Shown piece after piece: positions 48,100-58,046 of a DNA stretch of 64,000 nt. How positions within the stretch are numbered: the stretch's first letter is position 1; each line of letters starts with the position of its first letter. The stretch is from assembly GCA_016302935.1 (NCBI GenBank), contig JAEDMO010000001.1, forward strand, positions 141-64,140. The letters run 5' to 3'. The position numbers and the translations under genes are program-made. Source of the stretch: Bacilli bacterium (lineage in GTDB: Bacteria > Bacillota_I > Bacilli_A > RF39 > UBA660). The notes beneath the pieces were generated by a model, which worked only from the letters and a program-made list of their open reading frames with translations, had not been told where the DNA came from and did not search any database.

Positions 48100-49419
48100 A
48101 TGAAGCAAAGATTATTGGAATTAATTGGTGAATATATCAATAATGAAAAGGAAAAAGAAAATTTTATAAAAGATATCGATGAATTAATTGGTGTTTGGGA
48201 TGAAAATTTACTTGATATTTTACAGAATAAACACAAAAATTTATTTGAGAGAATACTTAATAAAATAATACCTGATTTTTCTACTAATCAATCTTATCTT
48301 AATTCTATAGAAATATTTAAATCTTACCAACAATTTGGTGATATTGATATTAATCATAATTATTTGGTAGAAGTTAATAAATTTTTACTTTATTTAAAAA
48401 ATCTTGTTTTAGAAAAAAGAAAAAATCTTAAGATAAATGATACTACTGAACTTAATAAATTATATGATCAATTACAAAATGATGTGGAAGTAATAGATTA
48501 CGAATTATTATATAAATTTTTAAAGCAAATTGATTTGACAAAAGAAGAATATGAAAATATTAGTAATTATTTAAAAGAAAGACAAAGTCGTTTTAATAAA
48601 GAAGTTTTGTTATCACAAACTTTAAATAGTTCTCAATTGGAAGAAAATTTTGCTGTACTTTTAGATATTACTAGACAAATATTTATTTCTGAGATAGATA
48701 AATTGCCTAGTATTGATGATAAATTAAAAAAGATTGATGAATTACTTGCAAACGATATTTATGGAAACGTTGTAGATAAAACCAATGCTATTGAAATATT
48801 AAAAGCTATTATTAAAGATGAAATATTAGAAGAAGAAGCTTTGGTAAATGAACTTGATGATAATGAAAAAAAAGAAGTTTTGGATAATGTGAATTTGTTA
48901 TATAAATTAATTGTATATTTGAATGGCAAAGAAAAAGAATTTGACGAAAATGAAGAAATTCGCGATACATACTTTGACTATGAAAATCATAAAAATAAAA
49001 TTGTATATTTATCCAATAATATTTTAAAAGATATTGAAAGTATTGACGATTTTAAAACTTTAAAGGATTTATATGGTTTATTAATAGGTATTAAAGAGGG
49101 AAGAATTCCAGTTAAATCACATATGCAAAAAATGCAGATACCTAATCGTAAAATAAAAAAGATAAGACCTAATTCAAATAATTCACAAGCTAGAATTAAT
49201 TGTGAAATACTTGGAAATAACACATTTGGTATTGTCCTTATTAATGCTAAAAAAGATACAACAACAGATAAGTCTACTATAACTTCTATTAATGAAAGAT
49301 TAAAAATGTATAATCCGGATACAGTATTAGATTCTTTAGATATGGAAAAGCAAAAAGAATATGATAGAGAAGTATACGATTTAATTATGGGTAAGTTAAA
49401 TAAAAAAATGGCAAAGTAA
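48100..49419 (+). CDS. Hypothetical helical, acidic protein (no recognisable domain)
   Basis: 439 aa. Inserted between jag and mnmE. Long full-length ORF, but I recognise no motif. Confidence 0.4.
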   Translation: MKQRLLELIGEYINNEKEKENFIKDIDELIGVWDENLLDILQNKHKNLFERILNKIIPDFSTNQSYLNSIEIFKSYQQFGDIDINHNYLVEVNKFLLYLKNLVLEKRKNLKINDTTELNKLYDQLQNDVEVIDYELLYKFLKQIDLTKEEYENISNYLKERQSRFNKEVLLSQTLNSSQLEENFAVLLDITRQIFISEIDKLPSIDDKLKKIDELLANDIYGNVVDKTNAIEILKAIIKDEILEEEALVNELDDNEKKEVLDNVNLLYKLIVYLNGKEKEFDENEEIRDTYFDYENHKNKIVYLSNNILKDIESIDDFKTLKDLYGLLIGIKEGRIPVKSHMQKMQIPNRKIKKIRPNSNNSQARINCEILGNNTFGIVLINAKKDTTTDKSTITSINERLKMYNPDTVLDSLDMEKQKEYDREVYDLIMGKLNKKMAK

Positions 49420-49486
49420 TAATGCCTTTTTTTCTTGTACTTTAATTAAACTAGTGTTATAATCTTAAGAAAAAGGAGTTTTTTTT

Positions 49487-50836
49487 ATGAATGATACAAT
49501 TGTTGGAATATCAACTGCATTAGGAGTTGGTGCTATTTCTATAATAAGAGTTAGTGGTAGTGAAGCAATTAATATTGTCAATATGGTTTTTAAAGAAAAA
49601 AATTTAAATAACGTCGATACTCATACTATTCATTACGGACATATTTTTGATGGTGATGATGTTATAGATGAAGTTTTAGTTAGTGTGATGAAAAAACCAA
49701 AGTCTTATACAACGGAAGACGTAGTAGAAATTAATTGTCATGGTGGGATTGCTACTACTAATAAAATTCTAGAGTTATTAATAAAGAAAGGGTGTCGTTT
49801 GGCTGAACCTGGTGAATTTACTAAAAGAGCTTTTTTAAATGGTAGAATTGATTTAATTGAAGCTGATGGAATTATGAATTTAATTGAAGCTAAAAGTGAA
49901 ACTGCTAGGAAGATGGCAATTAATCAATTAAATGGGAATGTTTCTTTAATGATTAAAGATTTAAGAGATGATTTAGTCCAAGTTATTTCTAATATTGAAG
50001 TAAACATCGATTATCCTGAATATGACGATATTGAGGTAATAACCAATGAAAAAATATTACCTATTTTAAAACAAGTAAAAGACAAAATTATTAAAATTAT
50101 TAAATTAAGCGAAGATGGCAAATTGATAAAAGAAGGAATTAAAGTATGCTTAGTAGGTAGACCTAATGTCGGCAAAAGTAGTCTTCTTAATACCTTACTT
50201 GGCGAAAATAAGGCTATAGTTACTGATATTGCAGGTACTACTAGGGATATTGTAGAAGGTACTATTCAATTAGATGGTATTATTCTTAATTTAATTGATA
50301 CTGCTGGGATTAGAGATACTAATAATATAGTCGAAAAAATAGGTGTTGAAAAGAGTAAAGAAGCTATTTATAATTGTGATTTGGTAATATTAGTTTTAAA
50401 TAATAACGAGCATCTTACAGATGAAGATAGGCAATTACTTAAAATAATTGAAAATAAAACTAATATCATTGTAATTAATAAAATTGATTTAGATAAAAAA
50501 ATTGAAAGTATTGATTCAGCTAATGTTGTAGAAATAAGTACAAAAGATAATATTGGAATTGATAAATTAAAAAATAAAATTAAGGAATTATTTAATCTTG
50601 AAAAAATTGAGCAAAGTGATATGAACTATTTAACTAGCGCAAGAAGTATTGGGTTATTAAAAAAAGCTTGTGATATTATTTATAATGTAATTGATAAAAT
50701 TAACGATAATATAGAATTAGATTTATTAGAATTAGATATAAAAGAAGCTTGGAATATTCTTGGAGAAATAATTGGGGCTACTTATAAAGAAGAGCTATTG
50801 GATGAAATGTTTAAAAGATTTTGTTTAGGAAAATGA
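49487..50836 (+). CDS. mnmE: tRNA modification GTPase MnmE
   Basis: 449 aa. G-domain GRPNVGKSSL and the C-terminal CLGK tail. Confidence 0.95.
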   Translation: MNDTIVGISTALGVGAISIIRVSGSEAINIVNMVFKEKNLNNVDTHTIHYGHIFDGDDVIDEVLVSVMKKPKSYTTEDVVEINCHGGIATTNKILELLIKKGCRLAEPGEFTKRAFLNGRIDLIEADGIMNLIEAKSETARKMAINQLNGNVSLMIKDLRDDLVQVISNIEVNIDYPEYDDIEVITNEKILPILKQVKDKIIKIIKLSEDGKLIKEGIKVCLVGRPNVGKSSLLNTLLGENKAIVTDIAGTTRDIVEGTIQLDGIILNLIDTAGIRDTNNIVEKIGVEKSKEAIYNCDLVILVLNNNEHLTDEDRQLLKIIENKTNIIVINKIDLDKKIESIDSANVVEISTKDNIGIDKLKNKIKELFNLEKIEQSDMNYLTSARSIGLLKKACDIIYNVIDKINDNIELDLLELDIKEAWNILGEIIGATYKEELLDEMFKRFCLGK

Positions 50837-50849
50837 GGTGAGTAAATTT

Positions 50850-52673
50850 ATGAAGTATGAGGTTATAGTTGTTGGTGGAGGACATGCTGGTTGTGAAGCT
50901 GCTTTAGCTTGTGCTAGAAAAAATCATAGTACTTTACTTATAACCGGTAGAATAGAAAATATTGCAACAATGCCTTGTAATCCATCTATAGGTGGTTCTG
51001 CTAAAGGAATTGTTGTTAGAGAAATAGATGCTTTAGGCGGGGAAATGGGAAAAAATGCTGATAAATCTTTATTGCAAATGAAAATGCTTAATTCATCTAA
51101 AGGTCCTGCTGTTAGAAGTTTAAGATCACAAACTGACAAAATTACTTATCCACAAGAGATGTTGAAAACTTTAACTAATCAAGATAATTTAACTATATTA
51201 GAAGGAATTGTTGAAGATTTAATTGTAAATGATAATACTGTTTGTGGTGTTATTTTGGAAGATACGAGAAGGATAACTAGTGACGTTGTAATTTTGACAA
51301 CAGGCACTTATTTAAAAGCAGATATTTTAATTGGTTCAGAAAGAAGAAGAGAAGGTCCTCATGGAGAAAAGCCTTCTAATCACTTAAGTGATAATTTAAA
51401 AAAATATGGTTTTGATATATTAAGGCTTAAAACAGGTACTCCACCTAGAATAGATAAAAATAGTATTGACTTTAGTAAGACAAAAATAGAGTATGGAGAT
51501 AATCTGGCTTATACATTTAGTTTTGATAATGAACCACTTTATGATGTTACAAAACAAATACCTTGTCATTTAATATATACAAACGAAAAAACACATAAAA
51601 TTATATTTGATAATTTAGATAAATCAAGTATGTATGGTGGATATATAAAGGATGCTGTGGGTCCTAGATATTGTCCTTCTATTGAAGATAAATTAGTTAA
51701 ATTTAAAGATAAAGAAAGACATCAATTATTTTTAGAACCAGAAAGTATTTATTATGATGATATATATATACAAGGGTTTTCTACTAGTATGCCTAGAGAT
51801 GTGCAAGAAGAAATGGTTCACAGTTTACCTGGATTAGAGAAAGCTAAAATATTAAAATATGCTTATGCTATTGAATATGATGCAATATATCCTACACAAT
51901 TAAATCAATCTTTAGAAACTAAAATTATTAATAATTTGTTTACTGCTGGTCAGATTAATGGTACATCTGGTTATGAAGAAGCGGCTTGTCAAGGATTAAT
52001 AGCGGGGATAAATGCTTCATTAAAACTGGAAGGAAAAAATCCATTAATATTAAAAAGGAACGAAGCTTATATTGGTGTTTTAATCGATGATCTAGTAACA
52101 AAAGGTACTGAAGAACCATATCGTTTATTAACTTCAAGGGCAGAATACAGGTTGCTTTTAAGAAACGATAATGCCGATCTAAGACTAAGGGAATATGGTT
52201 ATAATGTTGGACTTATAAATCAAGAAAAATATAATAGATTAATTGACAAAAAAAATAAAATAAATGAACTAATAACTTATTTTAAAGAAACGAAAATAAA
52301 AATTGATGGTAAAAGCGATTATATTTATAATATTTTAAAAAGACCTGAAATTAATATTGATTTTTTAAATGAAAAATATGACTTAAATTTAAAATATTCT
52401 AAAGAAGTTATGGAACAAGTAGAAATACAAATTAAGTATGAAGGTTATATCGATAAAACAGAAAAAGAAGCCAAAAAAATGTTAAAATTTGAAGAAAAAC
52501 AAATACCTTATGACATTGATTATGACAAAATTTCTAATTTAGCTACTGAAGCAAGACAAAAATTAAATAAAATTAGACCTACTTCAATTGGGATGGCAAG
52601 TCGAATAAGTGGGGTTAATCCTTCGGATATAGCTATTTTATTAGTATATTTAAAGAGGTATTATAATGAGTGA
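50850..52673 (+). CDS. mnmG: tRNA uridine 5-carboxymethylaminomethyl modification enzyme MnmG (GidA)
   Basis: About 607 aa. YEVIVVGGGHAGCEAA FAD-binding motif. I moved the start to the ATG at 50850 (GAGGTG RBS); the track ORF begins 4 codons earlier at a GTG. Confidence 0.95.
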   Translation: MKYEVIVVGGGHAGCEAALACARKNHSTLLITGRIENIATMPCNPSIGGSAKGIVVREIDALGGEMGKNADKSLLQMKMLNSSKGPAVRSLRSQTDKITYPQEMLKTLTNQDNLTILEGIVEDLIVNDNTVCGVILEDTRRITSDVVILTTGTYLKADILIGSERRREGPHGEKPSNHLSDNLKKYGFDILRLKTGTPPRIDKNSIDFSKTKIEYGDNLAYTFSFDNEPLYDVTKQIPCHLIYTNEKTHKIIFDNLDKSSMYGGYIKDAVGPRYCPSIEDKLVKFKDKERHQLFLEPESIYYDDIYIQGFSTSMPRDVQEEMVHSLPGLEKAKILKYAYAIEYDAIYPTQLNQSLETKIINNLFTAGQINGTSGYEEAACQGLIAGINASLKLEGKNPLILKRNEAYIGVLIDDLVTKGTEEPYRLLTSRAEYRLLLRNDNADLRLREYGYNVGLINQEKYNRLIDKKNKINELITYFKETKIKIDGKSDYIYNILKRPEINIDFLNEKYDLNLKYSKEVMEQVEIQIKYEGYIDKTEKEAKKMLKFEEKQIPYDIDYDKISNLATEARQKLNKIRPTSIGMASRISGVNPSDIAILLVYLKRYYNE

Positions 52674-53367
52674 GAAAGTGTTTTTAGATGAATTAGAAAA
52701 AATTGGTATAAAACTAGATACTAAACAAATTAATCAATTTGCAACTTATTTTCAATTACTTATCGAATGGAATGAGAAAATTAATTTAACTTCTATTGTT
52801 GAAAAAGAACAAGTTTATCTTAAACATTTTTATGATTCTTTAACAATTGCTAAAATATGTAATTTAGATAATCAAAAATTATGTGACATTGGGACTGGTG
52901 CTGGTTTTCCTGGGATTCCTTTAAAAATTGTTTTTCCTAACTTGAAGGTAACTTTAGTTGATTCTTTAGGGAAAAGATGTACATTTTTAAATGAAGTAAT
53001 TGAAAAACTTAATCTTGAGGATATAGAAGTAGTAAATGAAAGAGCTGAAGTATTCTCAATTGAAAACGTAGAAAAGTATGATATAGTAACTGCTAGGGCT
53101 GTAGCACCTTTATCACAATTATTAGAAATTGCTATATGTGCAGTAAAAATTAATGGTATCTTTATAGCAATGAAAACTAAAAATAGCGATGAAATTTTAT
53201 ATTTAGACAATTGTTTAAATAAATTATCATTGACACTTAACAAAAAAATTGAATTTCTCTTACCATTTGAATGTAGCAATAGACTTTTAATTTCTTTTAA
53301 AAAAAATGAAAGAACTAATAAAAAATATCCTAGAAAATATAATTTAATTAAAAAAAATCCACTCTAA
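52666..53367 (+). CDS. rsmG: 16S rRNA (guanine527-N7)-methyltransferase RsmG (GidB)
   Basis: 233 aa. DIGTGAGFPGIPL SAM-binding motif. Confidence 0.9.
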   Translation: MSEKVFLDELEKIGIKLDTKQINQFATYFQLLIEWNEKINLTSIVEKEQVYLKHFYDSLTIAKICNLDNQKLCDIGTGAGFPGIPLKIVFPNLKVTLVDSLGKRCTFLNEVIEKLNLEDIEVVNERAEVFSIENVEKYDIVTARAVAPLSQLLEIAICAVKINGIFIAMKTKNSDEILYLDNCLNKLSLTLNKKIEFLLPFECSNRLLISFKKNERTNKKYPRKYNLIKKNPL

Positions 53368-53448
53368 ATTATTTCCCGGGAAATAATTTACTCGGGAAAT
53401 AATTTTATTTCCCGTCTTTTTTGTTTGGGAAATAGAATTATTTCCTAG
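53365..53448. repeat. Cluster of three inverted repeats sharing the half-site GGGAAATAA
   Basis: A 26-bp perfect palindrome taaattatttcccgggaaataattta at 53365-53390; cgggaaataa-tt-ttatttcccg at 53393-53414; ggaaata-gaat-tatttcc at 53428-53445. The last two are each followed by a T-run and so could act as terminators. Confidence 0.6.
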
Positions 53449-53525
53449 TTTTTTGTCATTTTTCTTGTTTTTTTGACAAATATATTGTATTATAATATTG
53501 TATATAATAAAAGAATAAAGAGAGG

Positions 53526-54977
53526 GTGAAAATTATGAATTTAGGAAAAGAAATATCATATATCAAAATTAGTGATATAATCCCTAACAGATTTCAACCA
53601 AGGCTTACTTTTGATGAGAATGAGCTAAATGAATTGGTAGCTTCAATAAAACTGCACGGAATAATTCAGCCTTTGGTTTTAAGACAAATTGGGGATAAGT
53701 ATGAAATAATTGCTGGTGAAAGAAGATATAAAGCAGCAGTTAAAGCTGGATTAACCGAAGTACCTGCTATTATTACTGTTCTGAATGATAAAGAAAGTGC
53801 CGAAATTGCTGTTGTGGAAAATATTCAAAGAAAATCTTTATCGGCGATTGAAGAAGCAAAATCTTATAAAAAATTATTGGATTTAGGACAATTAACTCAA
53901 GATCAGTTAGCTCTTAGAATGGGAAAAAGTCAATCTAATGTAGCAAATAAACTTAGATTACTTAGTTTGGATGGAGAAGTTCAAAATGCTTTACTAGTTA
54001 ATAAAATATCTGAAAGACATGCAAGAAGTTTACTTCAATTAAAAGATTTAAATAAACAAAAAGAAATTTTGAATAGAATTATTAACGAAAGGTTAACAGT
54101 TAAACAAACAGATGATATTATAAAAGATTATTTAAATAATATTAACAATTATAATGAAGAAAAAGAAGAAGAAATTAAAATGATTTCTGAAAAAGAAGTA
54201 ACACCTATTAATAATATAAACAAAGTTAATGATGAACAGGTTAATATAATTAATCACACACCTTCAATTAATCCAAATTTAAGTGATAATAATGTTATTA
54301 ATTTAGATTTATTAAATGGTGATAATATTTCTAATATGGAAATTAATGATAATATTCAAAATGCTTTAAAAAATTTGGATATAGTTGATACTAAATCAGA
54401 TGTATTTAATGATACTGAACCAGTAGTTGAAGATAAAACTCAAGTATTAGATATTAATAAAATTAAAGAAGTGGCTCAAGATATTAATAAACCTAAAGAT
54501 TTACCTAATTTTGATGATTTATTAAAATCTGATTTACCTAAAAATGAAGATAATACTAACAATAAAAATTCGATTTTTAATCTTAATAATAATAAATTTG
54601 TACCAAGTTTTAGTGAATCTACTACAATCGATAGTAGTAATTCACTAAATAATGAGGCGAAAATTGTCGATAATCCTTTATTTAATAATCAATCTAATGA
54701 TGAATTTAATAATATTATTAAACCATTAGAAATATCAACTATTGAACCATCCGATGAGATAAATAATATTCCTTTAGTTCAAAAATTTGATTTACCAAAA
54801 TTAGAGCCGATTAATACAAATCAACAATTTAGGTCAACAAATTCTATTAACCAAGCAGTAAATATACTAAGAGATAGTGTTAAAAAAATTGAGGATTTAA
54901 ATTATGATGTTGATTGTGAAGAATTGGATTTACCTGGAGAATATCAATTTATTATAAAAATTATTCAAAAAGACTGA
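53526..54977 (+). CDS. parB: ParB/Spo0J/Noc-family protein with long low-complexity C-terminal extension
   Basis: 483 aa. N-terminal ~200 aa is ParB-like (IIPNRFQPR ..., GERRYKAA, HTH). The C-terminal ~280 aa is N/D/I/K-rich low complexity. No parA gene is adjacent. Confidence 0.75.
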   Translation: MKIMNLGKEISYIKISDIIPNRFQPRLTFDENELNELVASIKLHGIIQPLVLRQIGDKYEIIAGERRYKAAVKAGLTEVPAIITVLNDKESAEIAVVENIQRKSLSAIEEAKSYKKLLDLGQLTQDQLALRMGKSQSNVANKLRLLSLDGEVQNALLVNKISERHARSLLQLKDLNKQKEILNRIINERLTVKQTDDIIKDYLNNINNYNEEKEEEIKMISEKEVTPINNINKVNDEQVNIINHTPSINPNLSDNNVINLDLLNGDNISNMEINDNIQNALKNLDIVDTKSDVFNDTEPVVEDKTQVLDINKIKEVAQDINKPKDLPNFDDLLKSDLPKNEDNTNNKNSIFNLNNNKFVPSFSESTTIDSSNSLNNEAKIVDNPLFNNQSNDEFNNIIKPLEISTIEPSDEINNIPLVQKFDLPKLEPINTNQQFRSTNSINQAVNILRDSVKKIEDLNYDVDCEELDLPGEYQFIIKIIQKD

Positions 54978-54998
54978 TATTTAAGTCTTTTTTTTTTA
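54967..54998 (+). terminator. Intrinsic terminator after parB
   Basis: aagact-gatattta-agtctt hairpin followed by T9-10. Confidence 0.55.
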
Positions 54999-55019
54999 TA
55001 TTTAATGTATTTAAAATAA

Positions 55020-55181
55020 ATATCCACATGTATATTTTTATTTTTTATTGTTTTCCACAGGCTTTTGTGAATTATTTTTCTTATTTTTATTATAAAATTT
55101 TAATTATCCACAGTTTTCCACAATGGTGTTGATATATTTTTGCACATTGTTTATATATAAAATTAATAAATTTGTGGATAA
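55020..55181. promoter_or_regulatory. oriC DnaA-box cluster upstream of dnaA
   Basis: TTATCCACA at 55104-55112 and its reverse complement TGTGGATAA at 55173-55181. One-mismatch boxes at 55020-55028 (aTATCCACA), 55051-55059 and 55114-55122 (TTTTCCACA). AT-rich flanks. Confidence 0.8.
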
Positions 55182-55330
55182 AATAGCTAATTATATTAAT
55201 TATTTAAAAAATAATTGTTCATATGTTGTTTAAAAGTTGTGAAAAAGATGTGAAATGTGTAAAATGACCTTTATTTTTAGGGAAAAATAAGTTAAAATGT
55301 TGTTAGAATGAAATGAAGGAGGCTATTATT

Positions 55331-56698
55331 ATGAACAGTGTTAATGTTGATATAATATGGAATAATTTTTTAGATAAAATTAAAGAACAGATTTCTTCTA
55401 TTTCATTTGAGGCTTGGTTTAAAGATACTAAACTATATAAAATCAATGGAAACACTGCAATAATCATTGTTCCCCTTAATTTACATAAAAAGCATTTAAC
55501 AGAAAATTACATTACATTAATTGAAGAAACATTTAATAATTTAACAGGTACTAATTTTAATTTTTCTTTTTTGCTAGAAGATGAGGTGGAAAATGAGGAA
55601 AATGTCGAAGTTAAAAGTGAAAACGGTGGTATTCCTTCATATAACTCAATAGATGCAAATTTAAATCCAAATTATACATTTGATTCTTTTATTAAAGGGG
55701 AAAGTAATAAATTCGCATATACAGCTTCATTATCTGTTGCAGAAAAACCTGGTAAAGCTTATAACCCATTATTTTTATATGGCAAAAGTGGACTTGGAAA
55801 AACACATCTTATGCACGCGATTGGTAACTATATTTTAAATAATTCAAATTTAAAGGTATTATATGTTACTAGTGACGATTTTGTTAACGATTTTATTAGC
55901 GTTATTAGAAATAAAGATAAGGATAATTTTGAATTAATAAATACATTTAAAAGTAAATATAGAAATATTGATGTTTTACTTATAGATGATATTCAATTTT
56001 TAGAAAATGCTACTGCTACTCAACAAGAATTTTTTCATACATTTAACGAGTTATATAATTCTAACAAACAAATTATTATTGCATCTGATAGATCTGTTAA
56101 TGATTTGAAACTACTTGAAGAAAGGTTAAGAACAAGATTTGCTTGGGGACTTACCGCAAATATTTTTCCACCTGATTATGACTTAAGAATGAGTATTATA
56201 AGAAAGAAAATAATGTATAATGAATCTGCAAAAGATGTTCCGGATGAAGTTATTGAATATATTGCTAATAGTTTTGATTCTGATGTTAGACAATTAGAGG
56301 GGGCTATTACTAGAGTTTTTGCCTATGCTTTAATGATGAATAATGGAATTGTAGATTTAAATACTGCAATTGATGCATTGAAAGATCAACTAACTACCAA
56401 ATCGGCCTTTAAAAATGATATTCATAGAATTCAACAGATTGTAAGTGATTATTTTCAAATAAAAATTGAAGATTTAACAGGTAAAAAAAGGACTAAAAAT
56501 ATTGCATTTCCTAGACAAATTGCTATATACCTGTGTAGAAATATGACTAATGAATCATTTCCTAGAATAGGAAGTTATTTTGGTGGAAGAGATCATTCTA
56601 CTATTATGCATTCTTGTGATAAAATTGCCGATAGTTTAAAAAATAATGAGCAGGTTAAAGATATAATAAAAGAACTTAAAAAACTTTTATCCACATAG
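55331..56698 (+). CDS. dnaA: Chromosomal replication initiator protein DnaA
   Basis: AAA+ Walker A GKSGLGKTHL, a sensor-2/Arg-finger region and a C-terminal DNA-binding domain. I placed the start at the ATG at 55331 (AAGGAGG RBS, 8-nt spacing); the track ORF begins 6 codons earlier, inside that RBS. Confidence 0.95.
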   Translation: MNSVNVDIIWNNFLDKIKEQISSISFEAWFKDTKLYKINGNTAIIIVPLNLHKKHLTENYITLIEETFNNLTGTNFNFSFLLEDEVENEENVEVKSENGGIPSYNSIDANLNPNYTFDSFIKGESNKFAYTASLSVAEKPGKAYNPLFLYGKSGLGKTHLMHAIGNYILNNSNLKVLYVTSDDFVNDFISVIRNKDKDNFELINTFKSKYRNIDVLLIDDIQFLENATATQQEFFHTFNELYNSNKQIIIASDRSVNDLKLLEERLRTRFAWGLTANIFPPDYDLRMSIIRKKIMYNESAKDVPDEVIEYIANSFDSDVRQLEGAITRVFAYALMMNNGIVDLNTAIDALKDQLTTKSAFKNDIHRIQQIVSDYFQIKIEDLTGKKRTKNIAFPRQIAIYLCRNMTNESFPRIGSYFGGRDHSTIMHSCDKIADSLKNNEQVKDIIKELKKLLST

Positions 56699-56799
56699 AT
56701 ACTTAATTTTCAATAACTTTATTTACATATTTTCAACATGTAAATTAAAAAAAATGTGCATAAAATAAGAGTAAATTGGAGTTATCCACATTATCCACA
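56687..56799. promoter_or_regulatory. oriC DnaA-box cluster between dnaA and dnaN
   Basis: Perfect TTATCCACA at 56687-56695 (overlapping the dnaA stop), 56782-56790 and 56791-56799. AT-rich region follows. Confidence 0.8.
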
Positions 56800-56843
56800 G
56801 TATAATAATCAATAAAATATTATATAAGAAAGAAGGAATTAAA

Positions 56844-57956
56844 ATGAAATTTATTATTAAAAAAGAAATTTTGATGGAAAACTTAAATAATGTGTCTAAA
56901 GCTATTTCATCTAAAAACTTAATACCAATTTTATCAGGTATAAAATTTGAATTAAATAAAAAAGGATTGTTCTTAAGTGCTAGTGATACCGATATATCTA
57001 TAGAATGTTTCATAGATAAGGAAAATATTGTTAATATATATAGTGAAGGAAGTATTGTTATCGGTGGAAAATATATTGTCGAATTAGTAAGAAAGTTACC
57101 TAGTACTGACATTACTATAGAGGTAATAGATGGTTATAAGATGTTGATAACTACTGAAAATTCATCATTTAATTTAAATGGTATAAATCCTAATGAGTTT
57201 CCTAATTTATATCTTGAAGAAACCAAAGAACCTATTACTTTAAATACAAATTTATTTAAAGAAATTATTAATCAAACATCATTTACTGCTAGTAGTAGTG
57301 AAACGCGTCCAATTTTAACGGGAATTAATTTTAAAATTAATAATAATGTTTTAGAAGTTATTGCAACCGATTCATATCGTTTAGCAAAGAAGAAAATAGA
57401 TGTAGATGTAAATGTTGATAATATAAATGTAGTTATTCCTTGTAGAAATTTATTAGAACTTTCTAAAATAATTACAGATGATAATATTAATTTGGAAATT
57501 CATTTATTTACTAATAAAGTGTTGTTTAAATATAAAAATATTTTATTTCAGTCTAGATTATTATCAGGTACTTATCCTGCTAGTTCAAATATTATTCCTT
57601 TAGATTTTAAAATTAGTGTAGAATGTGAGTTAACTAAATTATTTGGTATGATAGATAGAGCTTCATTATTAACTAGTGATAAAGATAAAAACACGATTAA
57701 ATTAATACTTGAAAATAAAATATTGACAATTTTTTCAAATTCTCCAGAAATTGGAAAGGTTGAAGAAAAAATGAATGTTGATAACGATAATTTTATCGAT
57801 ATTTCATTTAGTTCAAAATATATGTTGGAAGCTTTAAGAAGTTTTAAATCTGATAAAATTTTAATTAATATGATTGATAATAATAGTCCTATTATATTAA
57901 AAGAAGTAGATAATGACTCATTAATTCAATTAATATTACCAATAAAAACATATTAG
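56844..57956 (+). CDS. dnaN: DNA polymerase III beta subunit (sliding clamp)
   Basis: 370 aa. Three-domain clamp. Canonical position after dnaA. Confidence 0.9.
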   Translation: MKFIIKKEILMENLNNVSKAISSKNLIPILSGIKFELNKKGLFLSASDTDISIECFIDKENIVNIYSEGSIVIGGKYIVELVRKLPSTDITIEVIDGYKMLITTENSSFNLNGINPNEFPNLYLEETKEPITLNTNLFKEIINQTSFTASSSETRPILTGINFKINNNVLEVIATDSYRLAKKKIDVDVNVDNINVVIPCRNLLELSKIITDDNINLEIHLFTNKVLFKYKNILFQSRLLSGTYPASSNIIPLDFKISVECELTKLFGMIDRASLLTSDKDKNTIKLILENKILTIFSNSPEIGKVEEKMNVDNDNFIDISFSSKYMLEALRSFKSDKILINMIDNNSPIILKEVDNDSLIQLILPIKTY

Positions 57957-58046
57957 TACGACAAAAATCAACAAAATTTGACAAATATATGTGCTTTAAT
58001 AAACAGCATATATATTTTTTTTAATATATATTGGAAGGAGGTAAAT

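Noticed and set aside
53365-53448. Possible CRISPR array, suggested by the repeated GGGAAATAA palindromes
   Set aside because: There are only three copies, with irregular 2-12-nt spacing, no spacer-like unique segments and no cas genes. This is not a CRISPR array.
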